Assembly (NCBI GenBank): GCA_050293845.1
Contig: JBNKNM010000201.1
Span: 1-10,284 of the forward strand
Origin: Pseudobacteriovorax sp.
Lineage (GTDB): Bacteria > Bdellovibrionota_B > Oligoflexia > Oligoflexales > Oligoflexaceae
Length of the DNA stretch: 10,284 nt
Direction of reading: 5' to 3'
This document shows, one piece after another, positions 1 to 7,341 of this stretch. Every line of letters starts with the position of its first letter. Position 1 is the first letter of the stretch. A model generated the notes under the pieces. The model saw only the letters and a program-made list of their open reading frames with translations. It did not search any database and was not told the origin of the DNA. The position numbers and the translations under genes are program-made.

Positions 1-1821
1 GATGTAAAGTTGTTTACCCATACCTATGCACTCTATATTGATGAAGATAACTCAATTGATATAGATAAGTTTATGGCACTTCCGGACTCATCACTTTCGC
101 ATTCAGATCGAACAAATCTAGGTTATTTCGAACATCGCATATGGATCAGTTACGACTTAAAGAATCCAAGTCAAAAAAAACGGGATGTTAAGATTTCGTT
201 TGTTGCAATTAACCAACGTCAGATCAGATTATATACAGCTACACAAAATCAGCAGTCCGATGCTTTGTTTACCCAAGAGGTTATGGAATCTTTAAACTTC
301 CGTACTCCAACTTTCTATTTAACTTTTAAACCTTTTGAAGAAAAACGCTTGATTTTTTATATCGAGCCCTCAAATCACTCTGTGCATTTGAAGCATTTCA
401 TTATTTCTGAGTCTAGTTGGTTGCCCTACACTACCTGGGATACCATGTTTCATATGTCTATAATAGGTGGGTATTTTGCCATTTTTTTCTTCAATATATT
501 TCTGTATCTTTCCTTAAAAGATAAGACATATCTTTTCTATTTAATCTATTGCTTTTTTGCAGGTATTGTACTGATTTCTTCAATGGGATATATTGAGCTG
601 GCTATGGGAAAACCATCCTATTTTAATGCGATGGATTATCAGATTTTTATGAGATCTCTCGCTTCCATTAGCGCCATAGTATTTTCTTGCTGCTTTCTCG
701 AAACCAAAAAATTAAATCCTAAATTTATTTATATATATAACATACTTCTTACTGGTAATGTTCTGAGTTTTATTTTGGGGTTATTTGATGTTAGAGCCTA
801 CGAGCTTTCAACTACAGTTATTAATCTGGCTGGACTAACAATTATAGCTGATGGCATCATATGTTACCGACGGGGAAAAAAATCAGCATTGTTTTTCCTT
901 GTAGGCTGGGGGGTACTGATTGCAAGTATTATTGTTTGGACCATTCACACCTATGGTTTCCTTGATGTTAGTAATTATCTACTTTATGTTTCCATCTCTA
1001 ACCTGCCAAATATGGGTATTGTTTTTGAAATGATATTTATGTCATTAGCCTTGGGGAAAAGAATAAAATACCTTATAGAGCAGTCTGTATTGGCGGAAGA
1101 AAAGGCGAGTGAAGCTGAAACAATGAGGCAATTAGTTAGAATTTTAAGTCATGATGTAAATACTCCCATTGCTGTAATTAGAGGCGCTGCTGAAATCTGT
1201 CGCAGTCAAAGGTCAATCGAACGGATATATAGCTATCTTGGTAAAATTGAGAAAGCTACGATTAAGCTTGAATTAATCAATCAACATGTGCGAAAGATTA
1301 TTGCCTTGCGTACTAGCAAGTCTATAATTGATGTGTCTCCTGTAGATCTAAAAGAAATCGTTGAGGATACCGTATCTCTATTTGTCGATACTTTAGATCA
1401 AAAAGAAATAAAACTAGAAATTGACTGCCAGGTCCAGTCAGATGGGAAGCTTTTGGTTCTGGCCGAAGAAGTGAGTTTAGGAAATGAGGTTCTTAACAAC
1501 TTGATTTCTAACGCTATTAAGTTTTCAAAGCGAGGCTCGAATATTAAGCTGCTTATTGAACAGCATGCAGGTAAGGTTGTTGTTTCTATTGCAGATAGAG
1601 GTATGGGGATTCCACAAGATATCATATCTGTCTTATTTAATCCTGATGCTCCCACCCACCGTAAGGGGACAGAAAATGAAGAGGGGACTGGTTTTGGGAT
1701 GCCCATAGTTAAGACTTATGTAGATGCCTATGGTGGGTCTATCGATGTGATCTCAGATGATGACCCGGAATCTGCAGAGCGTGGGACCACCTTCAAGGTG
1801 ACACTGAATTCAGCATCTTAG
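1..1821 (+). CDS. 7TM-DISM-type membrane sensor histidine kinase (periplasmic 7TMR-DISMED2-like domain, 7TM region, HisKA, HATPase_c); HK-A; probably 5'-truncated by the window
   Basis: Frame is open from base 1 (GAT GTA AAG TTG...), so the true start is probably upstream. A soluble N-terminal domain (RIWISYDL, FRTPTFYL) is followed by about 7 hydrophobic segments with 7TMR-DISM-style motifs (FNIFLYLSLKDKTYLFYLIY, FFLVGWG, FEMIFMSLALGKRIK). H-box LSHDVNTP (His codon 1150-1152), N-box NNLISNAIKF, G1 DRGMGIP, F-box LFNP, G2 EGTGFG and G3 RGTTF are all canonical. Confidence 0.92.
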   Translation, partial: DVKLFTHTYALYIDEDNSIDIDKFMALPDSSLSHSDRTNLGYFEHRIWISYDLKNPSQKKRDVKISFVAINQRQIRLYTATQNQQSDALFTQEVMESLNFRTPTFYLTFKPFEEKRLIFYIEPSNHSVHLKHFIISESSWLPYTTWDTMFHMSIIGGYFAIFFFNIFLYLSLKDKTYLFYLIYCFFAGIVLISSMGYIELAMGKPSYFNAMDYQIFMRSLASISAIVFSCCFLETKKLNPKFIYIYNILLTGNVLSFILGLFDVRAYELSTTVINLAGLTIIADGIICYRRGKKSALFFLVGWGVLIASIIVWTIHTYGFLDVSNYLLYVSISNLPNMGIVFEMIFMSLALGKRIKYLIEQSVLAEEKASEAETMRQLVRILSHDVNTPIAVIRGAAEICRSQRSIERIYSYLGKIEKATIKLELINQHVRKIIALRTSKSIIDVSPVDLKEIVEDTVSLFVDTLDQKEIKLEIDCQVQSDGKLLVLAEEVSLGNEVLNNLISNAIKFSKRGSNIKLLIEQHAGKVVVSIADRGMGIPQDIISVLFNPDAPTHRKGTENEEGTGFGMPIVKTYVDAYGGSIDVISDDDPESAERGTTFKVTLNSAS

Positions 1822-2104
1822 CTGTCCCATCATCACCTCATTCATTACGCAAAGAACACGATTCAGGATCTGATAGGACTGTAGCCAAACTTGATTATAT
1901 TTATTACAGAGAAAGAAGGTTTAATGAAACATTAGTTCAAAATTATTGCCTGAATATATCAAGTCTTACTCCATCCCCTAACGAAAAAGCCTAATGATTC
2001 CAGAGTATAAATATGGTACGAAAATTCGTCAAAAGGACCAGTCCTGTTTTCGGATCAAAAATCTCCTGTAATCGCTTAATTTTGTGGAATAAAAGGTATG
2101 TTGT

Positions 2105-2131
2105 TAAGCAAATTATGGAAAAAGCCGATAG
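2105..2131 (+). promoter_or_regulatory. Putative sigma28 (FliA) promoter
   Basis: TAAG (2105-2108)-N15-GCCGATAG (2124-2131) versus the consensus TAAA-N15-GCCGATAA. Spacing is exact, with one mismatch per element, 41 nt upstream of the ATG at 2173. Confidence 0.7.
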
Positions 2132-2172
2132 ACACCCATGAGGGTTTTTCGAGAGGGATGAGGACTTTTAAT

Positions 2173-2982
2173 ATGAAAAAATTACTAGCTATGAGCTTAG
2201 TGGTTGCTTTAAATTCAAGTTGTGGGATCAGCTCCTTTAAATCATTAAATGAGGAGCCAAGTGGTGCAGAGCCAGGGCAAGATTTACCAGCAACTCCAGG
2301 AAATGACGATGTCACAGGACAAAAACCACCCGAGAGTGTTCTTGGTGATATTGAAAAAGATTATGTTGTTGGCGATGCATTGTTTGCTGGTTGCAAAGAT
2401 CCAGCGAAAGTGCAAAAAATTCAGCAAAATCTTAACTTTGAAAAGCGAGAGGATTGTCGTTTTGGGCAAGGTGATAACCTACCTATCAAAGATGAGTTTG
2501 TCACGGCTCGAGAATCCCAAACCATCGCTGCTACCCTGCCGCAGGACTCAGTAGTTTGTGATATTAACCTAGAGTCTGTTCAGGCTGATTTACATTACGA
2601 CGATTTTCTTTTTATCACTCTAAATAATGATATTTTAGTCGCCAGTGAAACTGGGTTTGCTAATCTTTTTACGCCTGTAAATGGGTTAAAACCATGGGAC
2701 TGGCTCAAATTACGGGGACAGTCCTTTGCTCTTACTAAAGGAGCTCAACAAGGTGTTGCTTATTGCCTCAATGACGGTAATTGTACGATGCCCGGACATG
2801 ATGAAATTGGTGCATTTAAGTATAATGTGAATTTGGAAGAAATTCCTGCCATGGCAGCAAAAATTCTAAACGAGAAAAAGATGGATTTTACCGTAATAGC
2901 CACTGGCGATAACGATCCAGCAGATTGCGACCATTCCTCGTTTAATTTAAATTTAACAGTCGATTTTGCTCCGCTACCTTAA
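2173..2982 (+). CDS. Putative lipoprotein of unknown function (269 aa), Cys-rich
   Basis: Start moved from 2098 to ATG 2173 because GAGGA (2160-2164) lies 8 nt upstream and MKKLLAMSLVVALNSS-C17 looks like a signal peptide II (lipobox is non-canonical). A Pro/Gly/acidic linker follows, then a domain with 6 further Cys. Confidence 0.8.
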   Translation: MKKLLAMSLVVALNSSCGISSFKSLNEEPSGAEPGQDLPATPGNDDVTGQKPPESVLGDIEKDYVVGDALFAGCKDPAKVQKIQQNLNFEKREDCRFGQGDNLPIKDEFVTARESQTIAATLPQDSVVCDINLESVQADLHYDDFLFITLNNDILVASETGFANLFTPVNGLKPWDWLKLRGQSFALTKGAQQGVAYCLNDGNCTMPGHDEIGAFKYNVNLEEIPAMAAKILNEKKMDFTVIATGDNDPADCDHSSFNLNLTVDFAPLP

Positions 2983-3006
2983 AACTCGAATGTGAAATAA
3001 TCTTAC

Positions 3007-3717
3007 TCAGTTCGACTTACTTGAACACAGCGAGGTATGAATATGGCCATAACAGAAATCAAAGCGGCCCATACCTTCTGCTTTAAAAGGCTCTCGACCT
3101 ATGGTTTTTTTATGAATTTTGTAAACGAACTCACAGCCTTCGGTAATAAGAGGCTCGATCATTATATCTTGGTAGTGTAAGCGAAAGCGCTTAACAGGAT
3201 AAAAGCACTTATAGACAGCTTCTTTTGCCGAGAATATGAGTGATACGTAGGTTTCCGGCGAGAAATTGCGTTTATACTTCCACTCGAAGCTGGCGATTTC
3301 TCTCTTGGTTAAAACAACTTGCCACAGATTTCTTGCAGTTACTTGAGAAAAAATCTTTTCCGAATTGAGGCCAATACTTCCAAATTGAGAACGGGGAGCA
3401 ACCACTGCGGCTACAAATGACGAAGTGTGAGTAATGGAGCCAACTATGTCTGTAGGCCACTTAGGAGTAAGATCTGAGTTCTGGCCGATATCAACACAGC
3501 TGGGCAACGCTGCATCAGCTAATGCTTTCTTTGCGCAATGGCGTCCCGCTAGGAATTGAATTTTTCTTCGTTTCGGCGCGTGCACAAGTCCGTTAGGTAG
3601 CTCCTTAAGGTTGCTTTTTAGTAAGTCTTCACTAAAGTTAGCTAATATAAGGGCTGATGACTGAAAGGTACCGTCGCAAACTATTTGTGGGTTTGAAATG
3701 GACGTAAACAAAATCAA
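3007..3717 (-). CDS. 4'-phosphopantetheinyl transferase, EntD/Sfp-type (Mg-ligand Asp appears as Asn)
   Basis: Motifs KRRKIQFLAGRHCAKKAL, PKWPTDIVGSITHT, SIGLNSE (family GxDxE) and LIFSAKEAVYK. Start is TTG 3717 or, better spaced from the AAGG at 3718-3721, TTG 3711. Confidence 0.88.
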   Translation of the reverse strand: MILFTSISNPQIVCDGTFQSSALILANFSEDLLKSNLKELPNGLVHAPKRRKIQFLAGRHCAKKALADAALPSCVDIGQNSDLTPKWPTDIVGSITHTSSFVAAVVAPRSQFGSIGLNSEKIFSQVTARNLWQVVLTKREIASFEWKYKRNFSPETYVSLIFSAKEAVYKCFYPVKRFRLHYQDIMIEPLITEGCEFVYKIHKKTIGREPFKAEGMGRFDFCYGHIHTSLCSSKSN

Positions 3718-3842
3718 CCTTAATAATATTTTGTTGGTATTTCCAACTTCTGAATTAAACTATTGTAGCCAGAACTTCAATCAATTCATTCGATTTCTTT
3801 ATAAAAATTAATCCAAGAGACTTTATTTATCATATTCTTGCC

Positions 3843-5684
3843 TTACCATACAAGTCTGTCCTCTAACATACCATTGTAATAATATTGGACTTTAGCTTTT
3901 AGCAATTCCCGCCACTTTTCATTGCTTGCTTGACCTCTCGTTGCCAAGCTTTTATCTGTCTCTAGGAGATTAACAAATTTGTTTTTACTATTGTTAATCA
4001 ACTTGAAGTCATCGCCTATGTTGATAATGACATGTCTATTTTGATGAATTAGTAAGCTCTGCCCAAATCGAGGTAGCTGATTATGCGTGGGCCAGCCCAT
4101 CATATCAAATAACGTGGGCATAATATCGATATGCTGTGCTAAGTCCGTAGGCTCAAGAAAAGAAAGTGGCTGTGATGGATGAAAGAAAATAAGTGGAACA
4201 CGAAATAGTCCCTCATCTGATTGATAAGCGCTGTGATGCGATTTTGAAGTATGATCCGCCGTAATAACGAAGAGTGTATTATTATACCAGTCTTGACCTT
4301 TTGCATATGAGAAAAACTGTTGAAGAGCATAGTCAGCATAGCCAATAGACTGGTGTATTTCTAAGGTACCTTGCGGAAATTTACCATGATAGCGCTGCGG
4401 TATAGTATAGGGGTGGTGAGAGCTTAGGGTGAATACGCTGGCAAAGAAAGGTTTTTCTGTCTTGTTCAAAGTATCACTAGTAAATTTTAAAAATGGCTCA
4501 TCGAATATACCCCAGCGCCCATCGTAGTCATCGGGGTTAGGATATGAGCTTGCTCCTAGGTAGTTGTCAAAGCCGAAGCGATCTGCCATAACATCAAAGA
4601 ACATCGTTCCATTTTCGCCACCGTGAAAAAATAGGGTTTGATAGCCTTGTCCTTTAAAATTCTGTGGTAGAGTTGCAAATTTGTTTCTTTGGTACGGAGA
4701 TGTAATTAACGGGCGGGGCATCCATGATGGTATACCTGCAAAAATAGAGGGCATAACATCAATAGAGCGACGTCCATTTGCAAAGTGGTTGCGATAAAAA
4801 ACTCCTCGCTGTGCAAGTTTAGCTAGAAAAGGAGTGTAGCAAACCTCACCTTGGTTGATACCCATATACTCCAGTCCGAAGCTCTCCAATATGATCACCA
4901 TGATATTGGTGTTAGGTGGTAGCAGGGGCTCACCTGATGTAACCTGTACCGGAAAATGGCTAAGGCTGAGTTCGATCTCTTCCCAGTTTGAGAAGTAAGA
5001 TTTGCGTGATAAGGGAGAATGGTTATAGCTTTTAATAACAGTAAAAGTACTATTTAAACTGAGAGCCGCTAGATGAGGCTGCTGTGATGCAAAGGCATAC
5101 GCTGGGATAATGGGTTTCATTTGCCAGCCGCCGCGACCGCCAAGTACGAGTAGCATTAGGAATACCAATATACTACCGATATGAGTCATAAGAGAATAAT
5201 TTTTGTCATAAGGTTTTAGGGGTATTTTTTTGTCAACCCAAATCAGCGCACCAGCCATTGCTAAGATGATTAATGAAAAGTACCAGTAGTCGACAGCAAT
5301 AAATCCCAGTTGATGTTCGATATCCTGAACAATCGAAAACGAGCCTGTGGTAAGACGTTTGCCGGTAAACTGGAAGTATTCCACATCGAAAATGTTTCCT
5401 GCAAGGCAAACGGCATTGATACTAACATAAAGAAAGCTAAGAAAAGCTCTGGTAATTTTATTACTGTCAACCATTGGCAATAAGGTTACTGATAAATAGA
5501 TTCCGTTTATCACTATAATTGCAGCCAAATCAAAGCGTATCCCTAGGAACAGACTATAGGATATTTGCGCCCAACTTTGACTTTTAAACAAGGACCAATT
5601 ATGGACCAGGAAAGTAAGCCGGCATAATCCGTAAAGCATAACAATAAATAGTAGTCGAGATGAGAGATTTAGAACGCGATTCAT
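3843..5684 (-). CDS. LTA synthase / MdoB(OpgB)-like phosphoglycerol transferase family membrane protein (alkaline phosphatase/sulfatase superfamily)
   Basis: About 5 N-terminal TM helices (with GIRFD and DVEYFQFTGKRLT), then the catalytic-domain motifs VIILESF, ANGRRSID (Ser at the nucleophile position), FFHGG, WGIFDEP, TLSSHHPY, YADYAL, ITADH, RVPLIF and QHIDIMPTL. RBS AGGAG lies just upstream of ATG 5684. Confidence 0.9.
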   Translation of the reverse strand: MNRVLNLSSRLLFIVMLYGLCRLTFLVHNWSLFKSQSWAQISYSLFLGIRFDLAAIIVINGIYLSVTLLPMVDSNKITRAFLSFLYVSINAVCLAGNIFDVEYFQFTGKRLTTGSFSIVQDIEHQLGFIAVDYWYFSLIILAMAGALIWVDKKIPLKPYDKNYSLMTHIGSILVFLMLLVLGGRGGWQMKPIIPAYAFASQQPHLAALSLNSTFTVIKSYNHSPLSRKSYFSNWEEIELSLSHFPVQVTSGEPLLPPNTNIMVIILESFGLEYMGINQGEVCYTPFLAKLAQRGVFYRNHFANGRRSIDVMPSIFAGIPSWMPRPLITSPYQRNKFATLPQNFKGQGYQTLFFHGGENGTMFFDVMADRFGFDNYLGASSYPNPDDYDGRWGIFDEPFLKFTSDTLNKTEKPFFASVFTLSSHHPYTIPQRYHGKFPQGTLEIHQSIGYADYALQQFFSYAKGQDWYNNTLFVITADHTSKSHHSAYQSDEGLFRVPLIFFHPSQPLSFLEPTDLAQHIDIMPTLFDMMGWPTHNQLPRFGQSLLIHQNRHVIINIGDDFKLINNSKNKFVNLLETDKSLATRGQASNEKWRELLKAKVQYYYNGMLEDRLVW

Positions 5685-5701
5685 TGTTCTCCTGTAATTT
5701 G

Positions 5702-6259
5702 TTAAACTTCTTTATAACGAAAGCAGTTAGTCACATGGTCATTCACCATGCCTGTTGCTTGCATATGGGCATAAATGACAGTGGAGCCGACGAATTTAAA
5801 GCCCCTCTTTTTTAGATCTTTGGCAATTTCATCGGAGAGAGAGGTTTTACCAGGAACATCAGCTAAAGTTTTCCACTTATTCTTGATGGGTTTATGGTTT
5901 GTAAAGTGCCATATGTACTTGCTAAATGATCCCCATTCTTGCTGGATTTTGATGAAGTGCTGGGCATTATTTACGGTAGCCTCCAATTTGCGACGGTTTC
6001 TTATAATCCCAGCATTCTCCATTAGCTTATCAACTTTTTTATGGGAATAGCGGCTGATTTTTTGCACGTCAAAATTATGGAGTGCGATCCGGAAGTTCTC
6101 ACGTTTCTTTAGTATTGTTAACCAGCTGAGTCCTGCCTGCATGGTTTCAAGGATCAGAAACTCAAATAATCTCTGATCTTCAAAAAGAGGTACTCCCCAC
6201 TCTTCGTCATGATATTTAATATAGAGTGGATCGCTTCCAGCCCACGAGCATCTGTTCAT
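5702..6259 (-). CDS. tag: DNA-3-methyladenine glycosylase I
   Basis: RCSW...YHDEEWGVP, LFEFLILE..QAGLSWLTILKKRENFR, GIIRNRRK, LKKRGFKFVG and GMVNDHVTNC. The Zn ligands (N-terminal Cys/His, C-terminal His/Cys) are present. RBS AAGGAG is upstream. Confidence 0.97.
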   Translation of the reverse strand: MNRCSWAGSDPLYIKYHDEEWGVPLFEDQRLFEFLILETMQAGLSWLTILKKRENFRIALHNFDVQKISRYSHKKVDKLMENAGIIRNRRKLEATVNNAQHFIKIQQEWGSFSKYIWHFTNHKPIKNKWKTLADVPGKTSLSDEIAKDLKKRGFKFVGSTVIYAHMQATGMVNDHVTNCFRYKEV

Positions 6260-6279
6260 GAAAAATACTCCTTCTTTTA

Positions 6280-6308
6280 ATCATATAAGTTGTAGCGCAT
6301 CTTGTCAT
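6280..6308 (-). promoter_or_regulatory. Putative sigma70-type promoter for the tag-LtaS-like operon
   Basis: Minus strand ATGACA (6308-6303)-N17-TATGAT (6285-6280): 5/6 match at each element with optimal spacing, directly upstream of the tag RBS. Confidence 0.45.
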
Positions 6309-6708
6309 AGGAAAATGTACAATATAAGGAAAATCCTTTTCACATCACATGGAAGAATCGTATTATTAAATGATGAGTAAAATCGCATACCATGATGCCA
6401 GCCACTGGCAAAAATAACCATCATAATCGCTCAAAAGCTCTCGTTTAACTTTGTTTTATGTCTTTTGACGGGTATGGGAGTCTATTTTAGCGTGGGTGTG
6501 AGTATTTCAGATTCCTGTTGCCGGTGCTTTGTTTTAATGAAGTAGTTAAATCAATTGGTTGGATCTAAAATAGCATTGCGCTATGCTTTGTTCACCGTTG
6601 GTTCCTAGGCTGCAGGGGCTGAATATCTCAGGTCATTGGAATAGTTCAATGCGCCTATAGCCTGGAGAACTTTGGCGCATTATGTCAATAATACGTGAGG
6701 AGTATACA

Positions 6709-7188
6709 TTGAGTTTCAAAAAAATTCTCTTAGCATGGAGTATCGCTGGGTTTTGCTCTAGTGCTCTTGGTAATACAGGACAAAACCTTGGCTTTAAATT
6801 GGGTATCGGCCGAGGGGGATTAATCCTTGGTGGTGAATATGAAGTGGTTGATACAAGTTTAGAAAGTTTTATCGGCTTTGTATCCATTCATAGTAAAGAT
6901 TCTGAAAAAGGGGCACCAGGACTTTTATCGTTTGGAGGAGCTTTTAAGCTACGCTTCATACAAGGCCCCTATGAAGTTTATGTGTCTCCGGGTTTAGGTG
7001 TCATAAATTATGACTCAGGCTCTGATGATGACATGCTTATGGGGCCGCGGCTGTCTTTAGGGGTGAATGCTAAGCTGGATCAATATATGGCTTTAGGTTT
7101 CGAAAATGAAAAGCTCTATAGTTGGATTGGGGAAGTGGAAGGTCCCATCAGTGATGCATTCTTGCTAACTTTCCAGTATGTGATGTGA
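6709..7188 (+). CDS. Small secreted protein, probable outer-membrane beta-barrel (about 8 strands), 159 aa
   Basis: Start moved to TTG 6709 because GAGGAG (6697-6702) lies 6 nt upstream and MSFKKILLAWSIAGFCSSALG resembles a Sec signal. The mature part has Gly/aromatic alternating strands (LGFKLGIG, LILGGEYE, LSFGGAFKLRF, YEVYVSPGLGV, PRLSLGVNAKL, MALGFEN) and a terminal strand FLLTFQYVM. Confidence 0.7.
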   Translation: MSFKKILLAWSIAGFCSSALGNTGQNLGFKLGIGRGGLILGGEYEVVDTSLESFIGFVSIHSKDSEKGAPGLLSFGGAFKLRFIQGPYEVYVSPGLGVINYDSGSDDDMLMGPRLSLGVNAKLDQYMALGFENEKLYSWIGEVEGPISDAFLLTFQYVM

Positions 7189-7227
7189 CCCGAGTGTAAA
7201 AAATGGCCTCAGCTCTGTACTGCGACA

Positions 7228-7246
7228 AATAATGATTCTCATTTGC
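7228..7246. promoter_or_regulatory. Fur-box-like operator
   Basis: AATAATGATTCTCATTTGC matches GATAATGATAATCATTATC at 14/19 positions, with the palindromic core AATGA-TTC-TCATT. Confidence 0.5.
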
Positions 7247-7270
7247 GGGTGTTAATCCGCTGCTTATTTC
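7245..7270. terminator. Short GC hairpin between convergent genes (weak terminator candidate)
   Basis: GCGGGT-GTTA-ATCCGC (7245-7260, one G-U pair) followed by the imperfect U-rich run TGCTTATTTC. Confidence 0.3.
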
Positions 7271-7341
7271 CGAAGTAATGACGAGTCAGATGAAATTGCA
7301 GATCTGGGGTTCACATTGTCTCCTGCCAGATCCTAGTATGG

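Noticed and set aside
1398..1706. 102-aa antisense ORF within HK-A, and similar ORFs at 7400-7663, 8195-8392, 8429-8620, 8821-9015 and 8879-9208
   Set aside because: Shadow or out-of-frame ORFs lying over well-supported kinase genes, with no recognisable motifs.
2014..2029. Sigma54-like TGGTACG-AAAA-TTCG
   Set aside because: The -24 element is good, but the near-invariant -12 GC reads CG.
2076..2554. ORFs 2076-2315 (-), 2249-2554 (+) and 2284-2469 (-)
   Set aside because: They overlap the lipoprotein gene, which has the RBS, signal peptide and promoter support.
2983..3006. Expected bidirectional terminator between the convergent lipoprotein and PPTase genes
   Set aside because: The gap is only 24 bp and contains no stem-loop.
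6385..6400. Minus-strand sigma54-like TGGCATCATGGTATGC
   Set aside because: GG-to-GC spacing is one base too long, and sigma54 spacing is strict.
6305..6424. 39-codon minus-strand ORF (MMVIFASGWHH...) and a 15-codon plus-strand ORF at 6370
   Set aside because: No convincing RBS or motif; ORFs of this length are expected by chance.
6620..6682. Glycine-riboswitch-like words TCTCAGG, CTGGAGA and GGCGC
   Set aside because: The conserved CCGAAG/GCAA core is missing and the downstream gene is not glycine-related. An Rfam RF00504 cmsearch would settle it.
3272..6887. Short ORFs 3272-3460, 4139-4345, 5270-5470, 5775-6050 and 6633-6887
   Set aside because: Alternative-frame or antisense ORFs over better-supported genes; no independent evidence.
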